DNA of 63,373 bases, filler included, from Lenisia limosa (taxonomy: Eukaryota; Protista; Breviatea), in NCBI GenBank assembly GCA_001655205.1. It is 11 parts of 11 records of this genome, joined end to end, with 100 filler letters (N's around TTAATTAATTAA, not from the genome) between each part and the next. Parts side by side here need not be neighbours in the genome. Positions count along the whole stretch, not along the records: positions 10,834 to 17,057 come from LPNZ01007759.1; positions 17,158 to 22,205 come from LPNZ01011527.1; positions 22,306 to 43,638 come from LPNZ01008021.1; 8 more parts are not named here. One strand, 5' to 3'. The position numbers and the translations under genes are program-made. The notes under the pieces are model-generated. The model did not search any database and had not been told where the DNA came from. It worked only from the letters and a program-made list of their open reading frames with translations. The first letter of the stretch is position 1, and each line of letters starts with the position of its first letter. Below are positions 13,639-26,699 of the stretch, one piece after another.

Positions 13639-14179
13639 CATAATCCTTGTCAGTACTACTTGTTTATTATGCCTTTGTTTCATTACATAAGAAGGAAAAT
13701 GGTGATAGAAATTTGAGCAACATAATGAGCATCACCATTTGAAATGTTTTAGCGTGAGTGTGGAGCCCTTGTCAACTGGCATTCATGTGAGTGTGAACTG
13801 TGCTCTGAATGAATGTACTTGTGTAGATAGTTGAGATATTATATGGATGAAATAAATGCGTTTGAGAGGAAAGTCCCTCAGAAAATATTATTTTCTACTG
13901 TCTGTCTCCACCTTGCCGGCAGTGGAGTTATGGTTTAGACCGAAGCTGTGATATCCCCGCACGCCGCCTCATTTGAATCTACATGACAAAGAAACTGACT
14001 GAAAGCTTCTGAGGTAAGACATTCACACCAATACTGTTACCCAAAATAATACCTTTGTTTTTACCCCTTAGGAACAATTGAAGATCTCCTGTTACACAAA
14101 TGGAAAGTAGCATGTTATATATTAAATTCGTCTCACTAATGCTAAAAAGTGCCTTATGACCGGGTAGAACTTTGGTCGT

Positions 14180-15806
14180 TCACTTCTTGGATAGGCTGAA
14201 AACGTGGACATATTCTAGCATTTCAAAAACGGCTGGAGGGAACTTCTTTTTTACCAGCTTCTTGACTCGGAATCGTTCTGATGACTTCTCCAAAAACAGA
14301 TCGTAGCACATTTGGGACCTCAGCTCCAGAGATATTAGGATTTTGGTTGTGGGACTTGAGAGTAGAATTAAGGCTAAATAAAGTGGGAAGATGTTCAAGA
14401 GAAAAACCAATTGGCACGAAGCATGATTTCAGTGCTTACAATCTAATAAGGGTTCCACAGCAGCTTCAGTGAATACAACATCACTGCCAACCTGGGTGTC
14501 AGAAAGGCACGTGCTTTGCCAATCTCTCCAATAGCATTTCCACAATTATTAATTATCGAAAAATTCAGCTTTTTTCGAACCGAAGTGAAGCCCTAGCCAT
14601 GAGAGAATACTGCTTTCCACAATTTATAACAAATCAACTATCAATAATCTATTATTGAACTATGATATATTCCCCCCACCCACAATGAGTTGATATGGCG
14701 GCTCAAGGACCCCAGCTTCCTCACCCCTAAAAAGTCACGAAGCTGAGAAGAGAATTACTGAATGAGAAAAGAATACTGCTGACCAACCAAACATGGGGCA
14801 CACATTTAGCTCGTGACTGAGCTGCTGAATCCTATGAAAGTCACCTTTGCCAAACACTGCTCAGCTTGCATCCCAAAAATAATCAAAAAAACACACCTCC
14901 CACTAGGTTGTAGGAAACGTTTTTCATTGTCAGGTCTAAATTCGCCTCGAAATCAGTGAGTGTCACCTGCTGCGCTCCTATACATTAGGGATATCTCTCA
15001 AATGTTTGGAAAGGAGATCCCTAGGTCCACCCGTATGATTCCTCCAACCAGATCTATCTTAATAATAGCAAAGATGAATCAAGTTGATTTATTGCACACA
15101 AGAAATCTAATGGTGACCACCCACCTAGAAGGACCAGTCCAATACCAACAAGCCCAGTACCGGTTCCCAACTCAAGCACTCTAAAAGAGTTATAGTAATA
15201 TTTAGGGCTATTAGTAATCAATTTTGAAGTGAATTGTGAAATTCTAATTTGGATTTATTACGAAATTGCCATATCGAGACTCTTAAATTTTGACAATTAA
15301 CAATGGACTTCTTGTCATAACATAGCGAGTATTGAATTACTGTGGGGAAAATAAATTACCCCCTTCGCCCACTTAGAAGTCTTCAGCGAAAGAGATGAGG
15401 AGTTTTTATTGCAATACGCAACAAGCACTTTTCCAGCGTCCCTGTAATTGGGTTACAAACCGTTCAAACACCCCCTCTTAGCAGTCATATCCCACCATAA
15501 AGTCCCTCCGGTGCCGTATTTGTCGGCAAGACCAGGCTCTTCTGATATTCGAACAGTTGTCCCAGCAACCTGAGTGCAATAATACAAAGAAGGACTATCA
15601 ACACGTTGGGCAAGGCGATGTATGGTGAACTCATAAAAATGGAGAAAGGTCAATGTGAACGACAACATACAATCCCTCAACAGCCCCCTTGTAATCATCA
15701 CTTACACAGTACCCATATTTGTTACGACACAAAAACCGCTTTGCCAACTTGCACATCACTACCAACTCACCTCTACCGTCTCAAACGTGGCAGGAGCGGG
15801 GGCCAT
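14180..15806 (-). CDS. METTL21: METTL21-family (Methyltransf_16) protein lysine methyltransferase, apparently complete
   Basis: Eight GT-AG exons give MAPAPATFETVE-VAGTTVRISEEPGLADKYGTGGTLW-DAGKVLVAYC-VLELGTGTGLVGIGL (motif I)-GAQQVTLTDFEANL-VWGEEAG..PYQLI-VGSDVVFTEAAVEPLL-...VHVFSLSKK*. Confidence 0.88.
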
Positions 15807-16410
15807 TAAAAAGACCAAAGGAGCTACTTAGTTAGAAAACTCAATACACTTCCATTTGCACAACAACAGAGTTAACCAATCAAACCTTCAACAGCTCGAT
15901 AAAGATGGATGGGCGGCAGTGAAATGTGACACGTGATATGTGCGTTATGTATGGGGGGCACACACCTTACTATGCGCTTGAGTTCGCGACTATTGCATTA
16001 AAGTTCAAAGTTCAAAGGTTCAAAGTTCAACACATTGCATTAGTCTGACATATCTACGCATCATGCATCAATAATCTGGGGGTATATTCACCCTAGAAAC
16101 AGAAAGTCACTGGGGACCATAAGAAACCACAACCCTCCTCGGATATACAACACATAAAAATACTACACAACAAAAAAACAACAAGACGTTCATAAATGCC
16201 TCACGGGCTTTGGGTAGACTCTGTGCTGCTTTTTTTCTGTTTGAAAGGAATTTTGGGTCAGCTCGCCACGGGGTGGTGCCCTAAAGGTAAAATAACAATT
16301 ATGGTCTCGTACAGAATTTTATCGTTTACGGTTTCAAAGTCTCTATCATCGGTTTTAGTTAGTCAGTGTATTTATTATTGTAAATTCGGTAAGCGGTAGG
16401 CAATTTACCA

Positions 16411-16965
16411 TCTCATTTGCTTGGGGTTATTACAGTTGTAGCTCATTTGCTTGGGGTTATAAAGGTTGTAGCTCATTTGCTTGGTTATTACGATTGTAGC
16501 TCGTTTGCTTGGGTTTATTACGGTTGCAGCTCATTTGCTTGGNNNNNNNNNNNNNNNNNNNNNNNNNNNNNNNNNNNNNNNNNNNNNNNNNNNNNNNNNN
16601 NNNNNNNNNNNNNNNNNNNNNNNNNNNNNNNNNNNNNNNNNNNNNNNNNNNNNNNNNNNNNNNNNNNNNNNNNNNNNNNNNNNNNNNNNNNNNNNNNNNN
16701 NNNNNNNNNNNNNNNNNNNNNNNNNNNNNNNNNNNNNNNNNNNNNNNNNNNNNNNNNNNNNNNNNNNNNNNNNNNNNNNNNNNNNNNNNNNNNNNNNNNN
16801 NNNNNNNNNNNNAGGTTATTACGGTTTCAGATCACTTGCTTAAGGGATTACGTTTGCAGATCATTTGCTTGGGGTTATTACGGTTGTAGCTCATCTGCTT
16901 GGGGTTATAACCGTTGCGGCTCATTTGCCTTGGGATTATTTCGGTTACAGCTCATTTGTTTGGCG
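16411..16965. repeat. 30-bp minisatellite (GCTCATTTGCTTGGGGTTATTACGGTTGTA)n, centre masked
   Basis: Period of 30 visible on both sides of the N run (units start at 16413, 16443, 16473). Confidence 0.92.
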
Positions 16966-17249
16966 TTATTATTGTTGTCGCGTCTGTAAAACTAACTTTT
17001 TTAGACTACGATTCTATCTACCGGTTCTCCTTTGGTGGTTTGGGGACATGCTCATAGNNNNNNNNNNNNNNNNNNNNNNNNNNNNNNNNNNNNNNNNNNN
17101 NTTAATTAATTAANNNNNNNNNNNNNNNNNNNNNNNNNNNNNNNNNNNNNNNNNNNNAATAGTACAGCTTAAATGCTAGAGAGTTGTAGAAAGAAAATAG
17201 TAAAAAAGCTAGCACTTTGGCATTAACAAATATTCAAGAGGGGCATACC

Positions 17250-20200
17250 TTAACACTCTTCTCCTTCTTCTTTTCTTGCCTTTTAACGGCCTTCTTCAGC
17301 TTCTCTACGCTGTGGAACACCTTCAAAATGAGATGAGATTGAAATGGAATGGGAGGGGGGGGCAAGATTAGATGAGAGTTCTTTTAGATTTCCAAATTTT
17401 GATGACGAGAGGCAAAGCTCTGTTGGGGGTGGAGGGAGGGGGAGAAGAGGGAGCTCAAAATACGTAAATATAAATTAACACATGAACAAATCAGCAGTCT
17501 TCCCCCACTTGCACCTTAACTCCTTGCTTCTCCAGCTTGGCCCCTCACCTTAACTCCTTGCTTCTCCAGCTTGGCCCCTCACCTTAACTCCTTGCTTCTC
17601 CAGCTTGGCCCTTCACCTTAACTCCTTGCTTCTCCAGCTTGGCCCCTCACCTTAACTCCTTGCTTCTCCAGCTTGGCCCCTCACCTTAACTCCTTGCTTC
17701 TCCAGCTTGGCCTTGTTTTTGTCAAACTTCTTCTCAGCTAGTGCTCTCTCTTCTCCCGAGAGCTGTGAAAGTGATATTTTACCGGTCTTTTGCGAACAAT
17801 AGCATTTAGGGAAATCTGAGAAGAACCATTAATACTCTGCGATGTTGTATAATAAATAGAGCCTTCCTTTGATTGCAAAAAAAAAAGAGACTGAAATGCT
17901 CGATGGATCCTCGATAAATACCGATAATACAATTATGGTAGTTTTGTTTATGGTGTATTGTCATGTAACCCTTGGTTATATTAAATGTCTCAAAAAATTA
18001 TACAAAATGCACACAGGAGATGAATTGTGCAAAAATGTGACTGAAAAAAAGAAACAAAAGAGAGAAAAAAAAAATACCAATTTGTCACCTTCATACAAAG
18101 ACATAGTAGGCTGGTGAACAATCTTAATAAAAAAAAAGCCAAAGAAAACACTGCCATTACATAGGGACACTTCCCCCAAAAATGTGCATACCCCAACCCA
18201 CGCCAAGAAGCTTCTGATTTCTCTTCTGTGCAAACTTCAGCTCCGTTCGAAGGTCAACCTTCTTCTTGCGCTAGAAAATGAGGACTATATACTATTGATA
18301 TTTTGAGATATTCATCTTTTTCATCCCATCAGCAGTACCAAAATAATCAAAAAGGCTGCAAGCAACAAGTACACTGCGGTAAGTCTTACCCGATTTTGAA
18401 AAGGTATTCTGTCGGTAAGACTTACCACAGTCACTGTAGATACATAATATATGATATCTGTGTGGTATTTCTTCTACTCATTCACCATTGCCACAAAGAA
18501 CCAACATCAGTGTCATGTGCCAAGTATTCTAAGTTTACTCAAAATCGTAAGTTACCGATTCTTAAAGCAGGCTCTCAAATCAGAAAATGGCTCGGTCAAA
18601 CAGTCCTTCCTTGAGATGAAATGTGTTTAATGTTCTATTATTGATATCCACCCTTAATTCAATTTTGAAAGAAGTAAAAATTGCTGATTCCTTGCGTGAA
18701 TCACGTTCGATTTGCGCAATTTTCTTAACCATCCGAGACAATTTTCTGATTTGAGAGCCTGCATTGAAAAAAAAATCACGATTGTGATATGATTTAAATG
18801 GTATTGTTTTGATGATCCTTGTATCCTTAGATTTTAATTGATGTAATTTTGAGACCAGAATGACCAGGCATACAGTCACATTTCTGAGTACTTCGCGGGT
18901 CTTTTCCACAATGCTCTTTTTCTTCTCTTCAGTGAGGTCGGACTGGGCAAGGTGAAAAGGAATAATATGTGGAAATGAGTATAAAACAAGGCTGACCAAA
19001 ATCGTCCACACCCTCCCATCACGTTTATAAGAGATATTTAGAATAACATACAGCAATGAGAGAGAGAGAAAATAAGGTTGTATCTGGCTTTCACATTGTA
19101 ATAACAAAACTGTATTTGTTGGAGCGGGAGGGGTATACGTATAAGAGGAAGAGGAGGAGGTGGATGGGGGGGAATAAGATGGAAATAACAAAAAAAATCC
19201 CTGCTGACATCCTCAGAAGTTACCATTTGAAAAATTACTACTATACGGGTGTAAAAGTTTATTATTGGGGGGGGGGGGCTNNNNNNNNNNNNNNNNNNNN
19301 NNNNNNNNNNNNNNNNNNNNNNNNNNNNNNNNNNNNNNNNNNNNNNNGGGTTGCTTCATGTTCGGAAATACTCCCAAAATCGCGGAGTAACTTTCTCAAG
19401 TTTCAATAATCTGACAAGTATCAAAAAAACTATGATATTCTTTCAAAAATGCTGTACCCCCCCCCCCCCCCCCCCCNNNNNNNNNNNNNNNNNNNNNNNN
19501 NNNNNNNNNNNNNNNNNNNNNNNNNNNNNNNNNNNNNNNNNNNNNNNNNNNNNNNNATAACAGCTGTCAGTCACCCCTTTTTTAACACCCGAAATATCCA
19601 CAATCATAACTCTGGTTGGTCCATCTTACTTTTCTTGGAGGGGGTAGAAAGCTCTGATTCCACGTCATCGTCATCACTAAATAAATCAATAAGCCCATTT
19701 TACAAACGTAAAAGATATTCAAATCAGTCTAATGAAAATGGAAAAAGTTCAATCAGAATAGCAATGACCAACTCGTCTTCCGTAAGAAACCCAAAATAAG
19801 CTTCAACCAAACCCTTTTTATTCCCATTTTAGAAAATCTATCCGAAAGGGTCCCAGGCAAACCTGCTTTCCATAGCTTCCATAGCGATCTGACTGACAGT
19901 CTTTGCTTCCTGAGGGTCGGTCTACGGTGGTGAGCGTATTACAATCATGCTAAAATACAACATAAATTCATTAGCTGAGAGAGGGAAAGAGGAAGAGAGC
20001 AGAAGGTAACATGGCAGACCTTGGGACCTTTCCTTTTGAGATTTTTGTCTTTTTTCATTCTACGTCCGTTTAATCCATATGTAGGTCCATCTTCTTCGTA
20101 CTTAGAGCCTCTTGCAAGAGCACCCTACAAAATAAGACTACCAATAAAGCGTTTTCACAAACCTCTCGCGATGATTCACGGTAGTAAACTGAAGGTGGAA

Positions 20201-20282
20201 CAGTATCAATTAGCTTTCGAAAGAATTCGCTTTCACTGGCTGCGAGGAGCGCCAGCTCAGAAGATTGTGGCTCTTCTTCCAT
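17250..20282 (-). CDS. SURF6: SURF6/Rrp14 nucleolar ribosome-biogenesis protein (3' end not resolved)
   Basis: The N-terminal exon MEEEPQ...EFFRKLIDTVPPSVYY resembles the Rrp14 N-terminal motif. C-terminal exons RKKKVDLRTELKFAQKRNQKLL, EKKFDKNKAKLEKQGVK and VFHSVEKLKKAVKRQEKKKEKSVK match the SURF6 domain pattern. Middle exons are uncertain. Confidence 0.75.
17513..17712 (-). repeat. 34-bp tandem array (~6 units) duplicating the SURF6 exon end plus 5' splice site
   Basis: Unit on the minus strand is GCCAAGCTGGAGAAGCAAGGAGTTAAG|GTGAGGG; units start at 17513, 17547, etc. Confidence 0.9.
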
Positions 20283-20677
20283 CTTATTTCCAATATCTGC
20301 TGTCAATTATTAAAGAGTGATATATAACTATTTTGTTTTCGTGGATATAGAGCAAAAAAGGAAAGGTTCTGAAAAAAAATTGGTTAAAAGCGTCTAATTT
20401 CGTATATTACGAACCCGGCCTGGTTCTTTGCTTTTTGTGCAAAAAACGCGGGAAAATGTCCTCTAAACAAAAGAACAAGCACTGAGTAGCTGAGTAGTGT
20501 TAATTGTAAGAAATTTGAAAGAAAAAAATTGAGGGAAAATCTGTACTCCAAAAGCTGCGCTCCTGTGAAATAGAGCAGTCCTTCAAGCCTTCTTCGCTGA
20601 AATTAGTTACATATCAGTGTGAAAAACATTTTAAAAGAAGAACCCGCAGCGGCTTCCCCATCCTTCCTCCGTAATCA

Positions 20678-23110
20678 TGGAGGAAGTGGAATGGATTGGA
20701 TTCTACCCAGGGTCTCTTTCCTCCGCAACACCTGACCTGTCTATAGCCACACTACAGGAGGTATGTTGTCCTTTCATCCTATTTATCTTTTAGACGCAGC
20801 AGTTCTCTTTTTTGGGCCGTAATCCAGGTGACACAACAACGCTTTATCACAACAAAGAAGGGTATGCTTACAACTCTTTCAATGAACTGACCACATCATG
20901 AGTAACGCTTTCCAGACAGCTTTCTCTCTTTATCAAATGCAAAAAGGCTCTTCTCCTCTTTGGAGGAGTTACAAAGAAAGGTCTGTTGCTTTCCACCCTC
21001 TGTGTTTTGCTTTTCTTTTCATTTCTCTTCGCGTGTGTTTGTGAATTCCTATTCCGCTTCCCGTTCATCTAAATACTAGTTTTATGCCAGGATATAAAGA
21101 GAATTTCAGTCTTTTTGGACCAAAGTGGGTCCTCCGTTCTGCTCCTCCTGAAGTCATAAGAAATAATCTAACTTTTACCCTTTTAACTGACTCTAGCATT
21201 TTTTTTTGTTTTTTTGTTTTCATTTCTTCGTGTGGTTCCTCTCGTGGCCTTCTCCCTTTGCTTGCTCCTTTCTTTGCTTACTCCTTTTAATTCTCCTTTC
21301 TTTGCCTTCTTCTTTTCTTTCGGTTTTATCAGTCTCCTTATTCCCGCACCTCTTGACCCTCAAGATGATGGAAACTATGTTTCGCTTGCCATCCTTGTAT
21401 CACCGGTCTCCGGAGCCGCGATCAAAGATCACAAAATGCCAACTGGCCGGCGCGGGGCTATGGAGGAAGTCCAACAGTCCAGACGGATGGTGGAGGTTGG
21501 ACTTTTACACATTATGATATGAGTGCGATTTGTGTGTTTATCCTGGTGTAGACGGCTTTGGCCAGATACACCGTGTGTTATTTCACATTTCTACATAACA
21601 TAGAGAGCGATATTGTGTGTAAGATGTTGGGTCCTTTAGTAAAATATGATATTATCAATGGTTATAAGCATGATGTGTGTTGACGGCTTCGGCCAGATAC
21701 AACATTATTTTATTTCCCCTCTCTACATATATGATATGTTTTGTGATCAAGCCATCTAACCAAGACTGAGATTGCTTGAATTAACTCTCCTTGCTTTTCA
21801 CAGTTTCTAATTATACCTAGGGGTTCCTAACAGGCTAAAAAGACAAAACTAAAACGTTAAATCCCCGATATTCAATCAGCCTTTTTCAGACACTTGGGAA
21901 ACGCTCATCATAAAAGAAGAGAACTTGTCGCTAAAGTTGATTTATCATATCACTGACCTGCCTAAAATAGGGTTTCACTTCAGGATCAAAAAGGAATTTA
22001 TCAATAAGTTCTGGATATTTCATCAGTCATTTTCGAAACGTGAATCCTCTTTATGCCTCTCCAGGTATGCGTTATCGAGCTTTTCGCAAATTGCGTACTT
22101 CCCAATCAATCTGATCAGCTAAAGGTTTGTTCTGGTTGCCCCAGTTTTATTATCTCTTCGCAATGTTTGGCTTCTATGGGCACAAATAAACCAGGTATCG
22201 ATGTTNNNNNNNNNNNNNNNNNNNNNNNNNNNNNNNNNNNNNNNNNNNNTTAATTAATTAANNNNNNNNNNNNNNNNNNNNNNNNNNNNNNNNNNNNNNN
22301 NNNNNCCCTCTTTTTTTTTTTTCTGAAATTCAAGCTCACAGATTCCAGGTTTTTTGTTTCATGATTTTCCATTTTATCTCCCCAGGCCAAACTAATGAGA
22401 AACGAGAAAGTGCTGAGGAACCCAGGCTTGGTTGCCCTGCTTCTTGATGAAAGTGCCATTCCATCTCTCCAATGTTTGTTATATTGGTTAACAATGGCTG
22501 TATATCTAATAGTGACGGTATTAGTAATATCACATCATATTATGTAATGAATTGTGACAAGACCTTGTCTAACAACATTCCATCTTCGTGTCTCATAGTG
22601 AACGTGTAAAGAGGCATGCACATACTTTTTCGAACAACATCTCATCTTTCCAATGTTTCTGCCTCTCTATATTTTCTCCAATTACTGCTGCAATAATGGC
22701 GGTTATTAATGCATTATCTCTTATAAGCCTGATGGTGTGGACGGGTCAGATTCAACCTTGTAGTATGGCTATGACTTTCCTACCTTGCAGTCTAATGTTA
22801 TGTTGTAACACAACTTAGGTTCTTCAAAAGTAAAGCGCAAGAAGCGCAAGGGGAAATCGCTGAAGGTTATGTAGAGGCGCTGTGTTGTCTGGTCAGGTCT
22901 GTGTATTTATTTATTTCTCTTGTTCTAATGGAAATATCAGGACGAAGTTATCAATGACAAATATAAATTTCTTAATATCAGGCCGAAGCCGTACACACCG
23001 TCACACTTAACATAAGAAAATGGAGTATAATCAAATTTGCCTTGCAACTCTAAACAATTTGGGTACCACAGTGGAGGCATGAGTGAGGGTTTTGTGGCAC
23101 CAAAACACTA
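20678..23110 (+). CDS. Unknown multi-exon protein, divergent from SURF6 (exons beyond the 22206 spacer may belong to another gene)
   Basis: ATG exon MEEVEWIGFYPGSL...LQE|gtatgt, then GT-AG exons at ~20794, 21091, 21332-21494, 22066, 22386 and 22817. No family recognised. Confidence 0.5.
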
Positions 23111-23642
23111 AATTTCTCCATAAATTCTTGACATAGATAGTTTAAGTCTATTTCTGACACAGAAAAGCCAGCCTTATTAGTGATTAGTGCTATCTGAATC
23201 TTCAATATTGAAGCTATCTGATAACCAATCCACGTAGCCGAAATAAGACTGAAAATTCATATCAAATTAAAAAAAGATCTGTAATACTATTTAAATACAC
23301 AACATTGCAGCACTCTTAGTTTTTTCAACGAATGAACGCCTGGGAAATGAGAGAGAATGACACGGTTTTATTCGGTCAAAAAAAAACATCACAGGCAAGT
23401 TTAAGCAGTGAAATGCAGTCCCAACTTGGTCACTTGTACAAAATATGACCAAGATTATCAATAAGGTCTGACCTTTTCACAAATATATTTGGTCATGAAA
23501 AAGATTTACTAGGTTCCCCTTACATGGTCCCAAAAAAGATTGTATATTGCAATAAAACCTAGACAAATATCGATAATTTACCAGCCTTTTTGTTACCATT
23601 GGGAAGCCCTAGTTATTCAAATAGTCTTGTTCTGGAAGGTAG

Positions 23643-25957
23643 TCCCACAAACCTGCCAGTGTCCGCTTTTTGTGTTCATTGTATCGGAGATTGTGTTGCA
23701 GAGGAAGTAGCAGCTCTTGTTTTCGTGCTCCGCAGCAGCGTAGCGAGGACCCGTGGCTGGATAGTTAGAATTTTGGTTGGGCCAGAAAATGACTCAATTC
23801 CCCTCTCTAGAAATCATCCATATATTTCGATAAATCATCGATAGATTTATTTAAAAACTGCTCTCCTTTGCATTGTTCAAGCAAATAAGAAGCTTGGTAT
23901 ATAGGGTACAAAGTCCTTATAGATATAATGCTACAATGTTAACCCATATGATATCCATTAGTGATATGATCATAAGACCAACTTTTGAGCGGTCAAAATC
24001 ACAAGAGTGGATATGAGGTATCATATCACTTCGTGGAAAATGATTGCTCACACGCGTGCAAAAAAACCAAGTGATTTGATATTCTTTGATTGCAGAGTCA
24101 TTGTCACAAAAAAACGACAATCCCAAAACCACCCGACCCTCTCACATGTTTTATAGAACGGAAATGAGTTAAGCGCCTGAGTTCCTTGGTTAGTGTACCC
24201 TAGGGCTGCAGTAGCGGGTAACTCAGCGGCATAATGCCCATCAAGAGCGGTGAAGGACTATTTGGTCAGAGGAAGATAACGGAGCGAGATTTGTATTATG
24301 TTATTATACTAGGCCTCCGTGCAATTAACTATTTGAAGAAATTGAAAAATGTGAAATTAATATCATATATGTCGAGTTTATGTTACAGGTCTCACTTCAA
24401 TTTTTTCAATTAATTTTCAATTGATTTCAAGGAGTATTATGATATCTTTTTGTATCATAAAACAAAAAAAAAAAACAGAGGGTATTGAAAATGTACAGCT
24501 CTCCAAGAAGATAAAAACCCCCAACAGAGGACAAGCCAGTGAAGAAGTCTCCTGTGCCGGTCTTCAAGTAGTTGATGTTGGTGGACGTTCGGAAGTGGAT
24601 GTTCTCAATCGCCGCCGTACCCTGCAGTCATGAGTAGTGCTTCTTTTTGGCAGCAGGGATAATATACCAAAATCTAGTAAAATGTACGATCGGTAAACTT
24701 CCGAAATATATCGAGTATCTAAATCAGATTGAAACCCTAGTTATGAAGGATTCAATTCACGCAAAAATGTCAAAATTTCTCAATTATCGACATTTCCACG
24801 GTTTTTCTGTGATAGCAGTTTTTTTCCAACATTGATTCTTAGAATAATTGAAAAAGAGAGACTCTGGCGAAGCCGCATACACCATCATGTTGAAGAGAAA
24901 ACCCACCTTGCAGTAGAACCGGACTTCGGTGAAGGGAAACTGTGACAGAAGGGACGGCGTTGCATGTCCCCATTCAGTCGGGAACTGGTATCCTGCGAGG
25001 ATGATATATATAAAAAAAGAACATCAAAACTGCGCTGAACTCGAGGATTCACTAAGTCCCAATTCAGACTGGTTATCTGAATGAATCCATCATAAATATC
25101 GATAAAACAAACAAAAGACAAAACAATAAAAACACCAATATTGTTATTAAAATCTAGGGTACAAAAAATAATATACCAATAAAAAAACCCCAAAAAAATC
25201 ATTAATACTGAGAGGAAAACCTTTCCCAATAAGAGTACTTAATGATTTCCCTTACGTATTTAAATGTATAATAGATATTTTTGCAAAAAAAAAAAAACTT
25301 CTTGAAGTTGCCACACGATCCCTACCGTCATCACCAATTGTTCTCGAAGTGAAAAGCGGAAGGGAAGAGTTACGCGAGTTGTGGGGGTTATTGCCACCAG
25401 CCTGAGGGGTGAGAACTCGGGTACCAATTATCATACGAGTAGAAATGAGGTATCATATCACTGCGGGGAAAATGATTGTTCACATGTGTGAAAATGACCC
25501 AGAAAGATATGATAGATGTTCATTACGACCATATTATGATAGTAGTTCATACAAGCCCACCTTATGATAGTAGTTCATTACAAGCATCCAGGGGTCACTG
25601 AGGCTGAAATCACAATACGCTTGAATAGCACTCTACAAAGTAAAAACCGCATGAGACAAAAGAGGCACGGCATTTGAACGAAATAACAAACAAATAATCA
25701 TAAAAACAAACAAATAAAGCCGATTTATGAGGTTTTTGTGATCGATAAATAGTCTTTTTATGGGCCGTAGAACATACCAAAACAATCAAATGTAACCCAA
25801 CTAGGGTTATCCTACAGTCCCAAAAAAGACCGAATTTCTCAATAAATCCTTGACAAATATCGATATAAGGTGTTTTTTCGGATAGTAGGGAAGCCCTACT
25901 CCCAACCCACCTGCCCTGAAGGCTTGATCCAGTATAGGCCTGATGCCACCTCAACTG
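23643..25957 (-). CDS. Fibrinogen-like YCD-type domain protein (C-terminal part); may continue to the signal-peptide exon at 30129
   Basis: Exons encode SGLYWIKPSGQ, AYCDFSLSDPWMLVMNYYHK, AGGNNPHNSRNSSLPL, GYQFPTEWGHATPSLLSQFPFTEVRFYCK and IHFRTSTNINYLKTGTG. This is the motif order of fibrinogen-like YCDxxxxGGW domains. Confidence 0.65.
23930..24085. repeat. Family F: dispersed intronic repeat (...GGATATGAGGTATCATATCAC...TTCACACGTGTGAAAATGA...)
   Basis: Related copies at ~3790-4010, 23930-24085, 25440-25515 and 36110-36235, with internal ATATCCAC/GTGGATAT inverted motifs. Confidence 0.65.
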
Positions 25958-26699
25958 TAGGGTTAAGGAGACCACGGTTAGGGGATATGATGCCAAAAGA
26001 GCCACCCGGATTGTAGGGTGAGGGTAAGGAGACTAAAGTGACATTGTACCTAGTTATAATAACCACCTTTTAGGGTTAGAATAAGGACCGAAAAAATGGC
26101 TTTGTTCCAATATATCCTCCCAACTATCCAACTATCCAAACAAAAAAACAAAAAAACAAAACAAAGAAAAAACAAAGAAACAAAAAAGGTGTGTGTCAAG
26201 GAAGTTGGCAAGGCGAGAGACGGCACGGGTGTCAATCCCTCTATTCCCCGACCTCAGACGATGTACGAAATTAATACACGGGGAAATGAACGAACTGAAC
26301 TGCGTTTGGAATGTTTAGAATGAAATATTGTGTAAAACGGCCTCTTTACAGAAACCAAACTCAGCCAGTTCGCATTTTTTAGCTTATTAATCATTTCCAA
26401 GCTTATTCGCAAGTACAAACTCAGCCAGCTTTCAGGTCAAGCTAAATCTTCTACGGAAGTTCCGGTTTAGTGCTCTCCCGGTATCTACAGGCTGACTCTG
26501 CGAGGTCAGTGGTCTTCATTCACCTCATGTAGTTTGAAATCCTTTCTGTTCTATCTACGCTTCGTTATTGCCTCGTATCATTGTTCATTGTTCTCCATTG
26601 GGTCAAATCTCTCATCTTATTGTCCATCCTTGGGTCAAATCTGGATCGGATTTTCTCTTGGGTCAACCCCGGGTCATTTCCCAGCCACCTCAGCTTCTT

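Noticed and set aside
16417-16989. Repetitive ORFs (AHLLGVITVV)n
   Set aside because: They are translations of a 30-bp minisatellite open in several frames, with no splice or homology support.
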